A stretch of 57,059 nt of DNA, filler included, from Sphacelaria rigidula (Eukaryota): assembly GCA_964200075.2 (NCBI GenBank). It is 7 parts of 7 records of this genome, joined end to end, with 100 filler letters (N's around TTAATTAATTAA, not from the genome) between each part and the next. Parts side by side here need not be neighbours in the genome. Positions count along the whole stretch, not along the records: positions 48,995 to 57,059 come from CAXNAA020012428.1; 6 more parts are not named here. One strand, 5' to 3'. The notes beneath the pieces were generated by a model. The model was not told the origin of the DNA. It did not search any database and saw only the letters and a program-made list of their open reading frames with translations. Made by a program: the position numbers and the translations under genes. Below are positions 49,060 to 57,059 of the stretch, one piece after another (within the stretch, counting starts at the first letter, position 1; each line of letters begins with the position of its first letter).

Positions 49060-50150
49060 CTACTGTATGAATCAAAGGTGGGGAACATGTACGCTGGATT
49101 CACCTCGCACAGGTGGAAGGCGGAGAACATGCACGCACGACTCGTGCTGGGTGACCGGAAATTGGGAAACATGTATGTTTGATTCACCCCGTATGAATGA
49201 AAATGGGAAGCAGGTACCCATGATTCATGCTCATGAACGCAAGATGGAAAACACGCACTTGACTCACGTGATTCATGCTGTATGATTCATGAAAAAGAAA
49301 ATAGCTAGAAGAATCACTCAAGGCGCACAGATGTGTGTTATGCTATGCTGTAGCCTACTGTCCGCAGACTGCAGAGTAAGCTGCCGAAGGTTTCCCGAAA
49401 ACTCCAGCGAGCATGCGAGGCCAACTCGTGCAGGTGCTTTGTTCTTCGCAAAGTGTTCGTGATATCGTGTACAGTATGTTCAGGTCAACTGCACCACAGA
49501 ACACAGCATGAAACCATGACGGCTATCGATAGTATAGCTCGGGAGAAGGAACGCTCTGGGCACGCAGACGCGTGTGTTGTACTACTATCGTCGATATTTT
49601 CTGTGTGAGTACCTAGTTTGAAATTGTTTTTTTTGCGGGTTAGGCTCTTGGGGGCTTCGCGATCTGTGCGCTCTTATTTGCCTACCCCACCTGCGAAAAG
49701 GACCGCGGTACCGAAGAGTCGCGCGCCATGAACAGACAGGTGGGGAACATTATGTTCACGAGGTTTACATCATAAGGACAGAAGGTGGAGAACATGTGCG
49801 CATTATTCGCGCTGCACAAATGAAAAGTGGGAAACATACACACTTGATCCATCCTGTATGAATAGAAGGTGGGGAACATGCATTGAAGGAAAAAGGGAAA
49901 CATGTAAACTTGATTCGTCTCGTATGAAATGAAGGTATGGAACATGTACGTATAATTCATGCTGCATGAACGGAAATTGGGAAATATGTACGCTTGATTC
50001 ACCTCGTATGAAGGGAAGATGAGGTACGTGTGCCCATGATTCATGCTGAATGAGTGGAAATCGGGAAATATGTACCTATGGTTCACGCCATACGAATGGA
50101 AGGTAGGAAACGTGTACCTTTGACGGTGTACCGCACGAATCATAAACTGG
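49060..50150. repeat. Degenerate 42-bp tandem arrays (49060-49290 and 49730-50150)
   Basis: Unit like gaa.ggaa.ttgggaaacatgtacgcttgattcacctcgtat; period 42 at 49968, 50010, 50052. Confidence 0.85.
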
Positions 50151-51215
50151 GAATATGTACACCAAAAGTGGTGTCGTACGAATAACGAATCCAAAACATG
50201 TACAAATCACAACTTGTGAACGAATCGTATGATTGATTCGTACAAATGTTGAACATGAATCGAATCACGATTTTTCTTGTTCGAACCGTGAAATGTTCAC
50301 ACCCTGGACAAAATATGAACATACGCAATAGACTAGAAGTGTACTGCATGACGTATAGGCCTATTGCAACCATTGCCGGCCGAGAATAGTCCCAATAGGT
50401 CAGTACTTTATGCAGTACGTTTCTTGTCTGTTGCGACTTTTGACCATATTTTGTCCAAGGTGTGGAAATGTTGCGCGCAAAATACCGCTTGGCAGGCGCC
50501 TGACCACCTGCATCACCCAAGTGCTTCCTCGTCTTGGGGAACGCGCTCGAAATGTTCCCCACCCTTTCTGTAGTTACCGCGAGTCACTACACATCAGTTA
50601 CGGTATACGGATAAAGAAATTAGGCGTCCTCGGCAGTGATAATTGGGACGCCTTTTGAGCTATCGACCAGTCGGAATCTTCATGGAAACCTCAATTTACT
50701 CGGTAATACGAGACGTGGGAGAGCAAGGTGCTGTGCGTGACACGCGTTTCCCCCCCAAATGTGGTTCCCATACTGAAGACAAGGATTATGTTCTGGTTCA
50801 GTATAGTACAGTACAGGATGCATCGCCACTGTTCTGAGGGACGTCTTGCACCGTATTATCGCGTGCCGTGCGAGCTTCTAGCTGCTGCACCCTTCTGACC
50901 TGATGTCGATATTCCCCTCGCTTCCCCCTCGCCTTTGCCTCAATTCTGTGTAGAGGACGAGACACAAGAAGTGTAGAGCGCTGTTCGGGTGCTTCCAACG
51001 TTGCGTCTTCGTGCGTGGGTATCGATTATCCGTCGTCACTTTCTAAGCAACGATGTCTCGGGCCGTCACGGGCAGGGGATCTACTGTCGTGTCACCAGGC
51101 ACGACGGATGACCGCACAGGTGAGAGCGAATCCATACTAACCATGTGCACGCTTCGGTTACTCTTCAATAATGTCAATTTCGTTGGAATACGCGAGTGTG
51201 CCACATTGCGAAGTA

Positions 51216-52060
51216 CTCCCTCTGTTCCGGAATATAAGTCTGATGTGGACAAAACGCAAAGAATATCAACGTGGCGATCTTTCTTTGAAGTCGCGAGGTC
51301 GATTCTCACCTCGAACATACTGTTTTTCTCGAAAAAAGCACCTTTTTTTGTCATTTATTTTTCCTTCACGTTGTTCTCTCGCTTGAAAGGTCCCAATTTT
51401 TGGCACCCTGCAGTTTTTCCTCCGGTCAAAAGGGAAGGTGTTTTTTTTTTCCTCAAAGTATCCACGTACAGGTAGCCACATGTGGCCACGTTCCACACAA
51501 GAAAGAAGGCCAAAAACAAAACAAAATCCTCGCTCCGAGTGATGCTGCGATAGGGTCTGCACTTTTGGGGCCAAAACCGACTTGATTCAGGGGTTCCTAA
51601 AATTAGGAACTACACAAGAATATGGGTCAGGATATCCCCGTTTGCAAATTCATTCGGGATATCCCTAGCAAATTGGAGGAAAAACCCTGGCGTACTCTCA
51701 CCTATTTCGAAAGTCGTGTTTTGGATGAGATGAATGGTTCCCAACAATTCTACTCTCAGGCCGTAAAAGTGCTTACCCTTTCGCAACATCACTCCTCCTC
51801 ACGGGAGAAAAAACGACACGCTAGTTTTCTTCACTCATCAGATATTTGGAAGATCCGTCTCGGGGGGAAAAAAGGCCATGGAAGGGGATGAAAATCCCCG
51901 CCCCCCCCCCCCTGTTTTTGGTCACTTCTTCAACTGCACTACCTGTCCGAGAACGATGAAAAACATGGCCCAAAAATACCTTCTCTGACGCCCCCAGGTG
52001 CGAAACCGGACTTACTTCTGGAAAAATCCAAATCTGGCTTACATTCCGGAACATAGGGAG
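51216..52060. mobile_element. Stowaway-like (Tc1/mariner) MITE with TA TSD
   Basis: TA|ctccctctgttccggaatataagtc ... ggcttacattccggaacatagggag|TA; CTCCCTC start is the Stowaway signature. Confidence 0.85.
51537..51794. mobile_element. 258-bp Sola-like MITE (GAG...CTC, 4-bp TSD CTCC) nested in the Stowaway-like MITE
   Basis: TIR gagtgatgctgcgatagggt / accctttcgcaacatcactc; CTCC at 51533-51536 and 51795-51798; homologous to 7592-7849. Confidence 0.88.
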
Positions 52061-54122
52061 TATCAAGGGTAACCTAACTCACGACCGTGAACGCTACAAA
52101 TACAGTGGGCCCTTTCATCACACCATATATCAAAGATCACGTCGTGCGGTACCACTACTTGCATCGGTGTGTGAGTATTGCGTAGATGATGAAGGTTTAT
52201 CGCTTGCGTATACGACTCGTGACGTAACTGGAGCAAACATAAACATCGCTACCCCTACTCACGGGTAGCTGCGCATGAGGCGTGCCACTCGAAGAAAACC
52301 TTAGGCAACAAGGCTATGGGGTGTCGGGATTTCAATGAGAGCTATGCAGTTGACTTCGGAGTCTGGTGATGTCACGGTGACAAAAAAACAATTTTATTCT
52401 CCCAACATTTGTTTTTTCTTCTTTTCTTCCCTTGGCTTGTGCCCTCAACACAACGCAATATTGAAGCCACAACGTGATAGCCACTGGCTGAAAGTTGTTG
52501 ACTAAAATTAAGCTTGAAGAGTCGTGACAGTAACGTGTTCATCTGACACAGCCCGCAAGGTCGGGCACAAATTGCTCTCAACGCATCGTTCCCCCCCCCC
52601 GAAAAAGTTCATCGGTCGGGTACACCACCGGCTTTCAGTTCTTTCGACAGCACAGGCTTTCTGAGTGTGCTATCTATCGACGTGTTTGTATTGTTACGAA
52701 CATCTCTAGAACAGTGAACATTGTCGAAGGCGGCCATGCGTTATCTTGCGGCCAAACCTTTCCAAAAATGTAAGTCGCCATTTCCCCGGGAGAAGCCCCG
52801 GGAATTGTCTTGTTGTCGTGCATCCCTATGTAGTTCAAGCCTTCCCCCGTGGAGTGGAACACGGCTGCATGTCCCAGTTTCGGGACCAATATTTATTTTT
52901 TCACCAACATTTGGCAAGGGGAGGGGGGGAGGGCTGCTAGACGTGGATGACTTTTGAAAATGAATTTGGTTCACGCGTCGGAAATATCTAGAACTCGAAG
53001 CAAAATCTTCCCTTGCTCAAGATTTAGGGGTATTCCCTTGATCAAGGCGGCATTCTTCCTGTTTACGCTCACGTTCGGTGAGAGGCCAGATTTGAGACCT
53101 ATACTGAAGGGGCCTGGCGATGAGTTGGAGAAGCCAGGCCCGTTTCGATAAGGCGATCGATGTATGGTGCTTGAGGTATGTAATGGCTTTATTTCCTGTT
53201 TTAGGGGCGAAAACCATGTCGCATTTCCCGAAACCCGAAGATCGAATCCAATTTTCTCATTCCCAAAAGGAGCAGCATGATCTTGGTTCTGAACCTAGAC
53301 TACAAAGGTGTTTTCCATATCCTATGATCGGTAGCTGGAAGTATCGCGTAAACCCTCCAGTATCTTGATATGTCACACCTTTCTCCAGGGAAGAGCGTAT
53401 CCCGCCTCCATCCTCGTTGTGAAGAGTACTCATCGACAGACCATTGAATCATTGTGATACGTGTATCCACCGATGGCGTCGGTGATGAATGGCACAGTGC
53501 TGTGGAGCAAACCACGAATAAGACGAGTAGATGAAAAGTCGCGTGGAAAGTGGAATGACCTCTTGAAACGTCCATGCAGTTGACCGGACGACGGCGAAAC
53601 TCGCTTCTCCAATTTTGAATGTTGCACACGCCATAGCGCAGATGGATATGAACACACTGCCATGTTGACTCGAATGATGTCTTGACGTGGTTGAGTAGCC
53701 GAGCCATCCTGTTATGTAGGATCCGCACACAGTACAGGGATACCGTCGTCGACCATCTTCAGCGCCGACCATCCACCGCCAACATTGTTGTGTAACACGA
53801 ATGTCACATACTACTCGGTCTGTTGTTTCAAGCACTGATAATTGTGCTGGGTCAAAATTAGAACCTCCCAACGCTGTTTCGCTGCTCAGTCCAGGCGTGC
53901 AGGCCGTACAAACAGGTCGCCACTGCCTCCAAAATTCACCAAGATGTGTGCCCTGGAAAAACTTCATCCTGGCGTTATTTCGTGCTGGTAAGATGTTAGC
54001 TCCGTGTCGCGGAAATCAAAACCACCTTCGTACTGTCTAGCCATGAGGCGATTACTTTCGATTGTGCTTGACGCATATAACCCGTACACCAACTTGACGA
54101 ACAGTGTCCCTTCTGCCACGCG

Positions 54123-56051
54123 TTGGACTTTCATCGTCATGCAGGCGCCAGGCGGTGTGTCGAAGTAATTACTGTCATCCTCCAGGAGTCCTGCTCGGAA
54201 AAGGGGGCGTGCTACTTGCCGACGAAGAATCTTCAGGTTGCGTCGCTCTCACTCTGCGTGGCTTGCCGCAAGTTCAGCACCCTTTGCCTGAAAGTAGAAA
54301 AACACACCCCGCAACGGCTGTGGGCGACCGCTGCGGTAAAGAAACGCCCAACTCGAGTCACTCGCAGTAGTGCGCGGCGTTCTCGCGTGCCGTTATTGCG
54401 GCCGCGTGGTGTGACATGGATGGACAGTGCCGATGAAAAATTCATGTGCAATGAGAACCCGCTCTTGGTGAACCTCGAGTACGTACACTTTGATCCCGGC
54501 TATAACTGGTGTGTACAGCATGTGGTGTGGCCGCAGAAAGTGAAGAGGATAGTCTTCGAAAACGCCAAGTATGATAGCGGGTTGTTCAACCAGCCTATCG
54601 ACGAGGTTGCGTGGCCTCCATCCCTTCAGCAGCTGACGTTCGGGTGCTTCTTCAACCAGCCAATCGACCGGGTTGTGTGGCCTCCGTCCCTGCAGCAGCT
54701 GACGTTTGGTTCCGGTTTTAATCAGCCCATGGAGGGTGTAACTTGGCCGACCTCTTTGAAGGAGCTTAATTTCTATGGCGATTTGAGTCAGCCTTTTGAA
54801 AAGGTTTTATGGCCTAAGTCGCTGCAGCAGCTGGTAATCGGATCGAGTTCGACAGGGAGCATCAAGGACGTGGTGTGGCCGGCCTCCCTGCAGAAATTAA
54901 TCTTCTTGCCCTTCTTCGATGGATTTATTGAAGGAGTAGCGTGGCCCGCCTCTTTACAAGAACTCACGTTTGGCCTTCGCTTTGATCAGCCAATTGAAGG
55001 AGTGACATGGCCCGCCTCTCTGAAGAAGCTCACCTTTGGTTTGTTCTTCAATCAACCTATCGAGGCGGTGATGTGGCCAGCCGCCCTGCAGCAGCTGACC
55101 TTCATGGGTAGTTTCAATCATCCCATCGGAGGGGTAGTGTGGCCAACTTCACTGGAGCAACTTATTTTCGGGTCGGAATTTGACCATCCCATTTCGCAGG
55201 TGGTGTGGCCTGCCTCGCTGCAGGAGCTCGAGTTTGGGGATCACTTCAATTGGCCCATTGATGAGGTGGCGTGGCCTGTCTCGCTGCAAAAGCTCACCTT
55301 CGGGTCGCACTTCGATCAAGAGATCGAGGAGGTGGCGTGGCCTGCCTCCCTGCAGCAGCTAATCTTCGGGTCACGCTTCGATCAAGAGATCGAGAAGGTG
55401 GCGTGGCCTGCCTCCCTGCAGCAGCTCACCTTCGGGTCACGCTTCGATCAAGAGATCGAGCGGGTGGCGTGGCCTCCCTCCCTCCGGAAGCTCACGTTTG
55501 GAGACGAGTTCAACCAGCCGATTGAGGGGGTGGCGTGGCCTGCCTCCCTGCAGCAGCTCACGTTTGGACGAGAGTTCAATCAACCCGTCGAGGGGGTGGT
55601 GTGGCCTGACTCCTTGCGGCAGCTCGTGTTCGGTTGGGAGTTCAACCAACCCATCGAGGCGATGACGCTACCTGCCACGCTGCAGGAGGTCGAGTTCGGG
55701 GTGGAATTCAATCAACCTATTGAAAGAGTGTCGTGGCCCGACTCCGTGCAAAAGCTGAACTTTCATTACTGCTTCAACCAGCCCATTGACAGGATGACAT
55801 TCCCTGCCTCGCTCCAGGAACTACTGTTTGGGGGTGACTTCAACCAGCCCATCGAAGAAGTGGCTTGGCCAGTGTCCCTAAAAAAGCTCGTGTTCGGGTA
55901 TCATTTCAACCAACCCCTGGATCAGGTGATTTGGCCTCCCTCTCTGGAGTACCTCTCGCTGGGAGAAGGTTATAAGCAGTGCACGGCAGGGATAGTGTGG
56001 CCAGCTTCCTTGGGAGGACCGACATTTTTGAAACCGGTTCTTGATTATTGA
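54123..56051 (+). CDS. FNIP-repeat (22-aa LRR-like) protein, ~21-22 repeats, F-box-like N-terminus
   Basis: Repeats FNQPIExVxWPASLQQLTFGxx; intact frame; no ATG before 54420, but the frame is open from 54081 with a candidate acceptor (aacag|) at 54104, suggesting an upstream exon. Confidence 0.9.
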   Translation: MDFHRHAGARRCVEVITVILQESCSEKGACYLPTKNLQVASLSLCVACRKFSTLCLKVEKHTPQRLWATAAVKKRPTRVTRSSARRSRVPLLRPRGVTWMDSADEKFMCNENPLLVNLEYVHFDPGYNWCVQHVVWPQKVKRIVFENAKYDSGLFNQPIDEVAWPPSLQQLTFGCFFNQPIDRVVWPPSLQQLTFGSGFNQPMEGVTWPTSLKELNFYGDLSQPFEKVLWPKSLQQLVIGSSSTGSIKDVVWPASLQKLIFLPFFDGFIEGVAWPASLQELTFGLRFDQPIEGVTWPASLKKLTFGLFFNQPIEAVMWPAALQQLTFMGSFNHPIGGVVWPTSLEQLIFGSEFDHPISQVVWPASLQELEFGDHFNWPIDEVAWPVSLQKLTFGSHFDQEIEEVAWPASLQQLIFGSRFDQEIEKVAWPASLQQLTFGSRFDQEIERVAWPPSLRKLTFGDEFNQPIEGVAWPASLQQLTFGREFNQPVEGVVWPDSLRQLVFGWEFNQPIEAMTLPATLQEVEFGVEFNQPIERVSWPDSVQKLNFHYCFNQPIDRMTFPASLQELLFGGDFNQPIEEVAWPVSLKKLVFGYHFNQPLDQVIWPPSLEYLSLGEGYKQCTAGIVWPASLGGPTFLKPVLDY

Positions 56052-56099
56052 ATTTGTCTGTACACGTTTTTTTCTGCCGCACATCAAGGCCCTTGAGTT

Positions 56100-56215
56100 T
56101 GTCGGGGTGAGTCCGTGGTCGCAAGGGATCAGCCACTCTCCCCCCCGGTACATGCCTTACAGTTTGGTACCGCGTCTGGTTCAGCACCCCCGGCACGAAC
56201 TGGACTCATGCTACG
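56100..56215 (-). repeat. Dispersed repeat copy 3, just 3' of the FNIP gene
   Basis: Reverse complement gtgctgaaccagacgcggtaccaaactgtaaggcatgtaccggggggagagtggctgatcccttgcgaccacggact matches 13711-13790. Confidence 0.7.
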
Positions 56216-56458
56216 ATGGGGGCGGTGGGGGGAGGGGGATATTTTGTGTCTTTCCCACGAAATTTCGCTTCAAATCCTCGTTGAAAGTAGCACTGGGTGC
56301 TCAAACGCACTTGTTATAGGCGGAAGACGCTCATTCATTCAGATTTACACCAATTTTACTCCAAAACAGGCGCACCGTGAGTGTGTTGGGCCGTCTGACA
56401 CACCTATGAGCCCATTTTTTGGTGAAAGCTAAGCCCCCCCCCGCCCACCCTCGCCCCC

Positions 56459-57000
56459 ATGCTCCGTCTCGAAAGGAATGCGTGTCAATGGTCACACGAC
56501 CAAGGCAAGCAACAAGTACACCTCCCCCCCCCAAAAAAAAAGAAGGTAAGAGATAGAAAGAAATAAGGGGTAAAGGGGCGCTCAGACGCAAGGTAGACGA
56601 GGAAGAACACCCAAAGATGAACGGGGGGTTGAGGGGGGGGATCGGGATGAAAACATATCCTGAATGGCCCCATGGACGCGACGAAAAATCGAAACTGCGA
56701 TTTCGGGTAGGGGATCTGGATCTGCCATGACGTGAACAAAGGTGGCATCGAATCGTTTGATGCATCAGGCAGTAGCGAGAAGACGATGGCTATACAAGGA
56801 GATGGATGGTGGTCACAGACGGCGAAGCGGGACAGGGGTAAGATATGTAAAAGGTTTTTGTGCAATGTATGGAAGAAACGTGATAAGGGCCGGAGTGTTG
56901 GAGGTGTCCCTATCAGAAGTAGGAACGATGCTCTCGAAAGGGATGCGTGATCAATGGTCAAACGACTAAGGCAAGCAACAAATGAGTACGCCACCCCCCC
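56459..57000. repeat. Two ~70-bp direct repeats ~470 bp apart, each ending in poly-C
   Basis: tctcgaaagg.atgcgtg.tcaatggtca.acgac.aaggcaagcaacaa..gtac.cc at ~56467 and ~56932. Confidence 0.75.
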
Positions 57001-57059
57001 CCCCACCCACCCCACCCCCCCCCCCCTCGCACGCGTCTCTTTTTTCTTGCTTTTTTTCG

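Noticed and set aside
52650..53970. Decayed minus-strand ORFs upstream of the FNIP gene
   Set aside because: Fragmented frames with no recognisable motif

Overview
This window is not one locus. It is seven unrelated contigs of near-identical, descending length (8067, 8066, 8066, 8065, 8065, 8065, 8065 bp) joined by six identical 100-nt linkers (N44-TTAATTAATTAA-N44), so adjacency across gaps means nothing. The DNA is eukaryotic, repeat-rich and has GT-AG introns; a brown alga or other stramenopile is my inference from the PPR + FNIP genes and repeat types, not proven. Contents by contig: (C1) 5' part of a decayed LTR-retrotransposon with a very long gag-like ORF, plus a Sola-like MITE; (C2) a 63-bp satellite, an intact 16-motif P-class PPR gene and a foldback MITE inserted in a SINE remnant; (C3) two convergent spliced orphan (pseudo)genes and MITEs; (C4) a multi-exon orphan (pseudo)gene, a 29-bp minisatellite and a tRNA-derived SINE; (C5) nested Harbinger-like MITEs and minisatellites; (C6) the internal region of a decayed Ty3/gypsy element (gag-PR-RT-RH-IN) whose integrase ends in a chromodomain plus a further Tudor/SH3-like module; (C7) 42-bp arrays, a Stowaway-like MITE holding a second Sola-like MITE, and an FNIP-repeat gene with an F-box-like N-terminus. 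Best leads: the chromo+Tudor-like integrase tail, the F-box/FNIP protein, the readable PPR code, and an unclassified AACAGCC-terminated foldback family. No rRNA, true tRNA or CRISPR array was seen.
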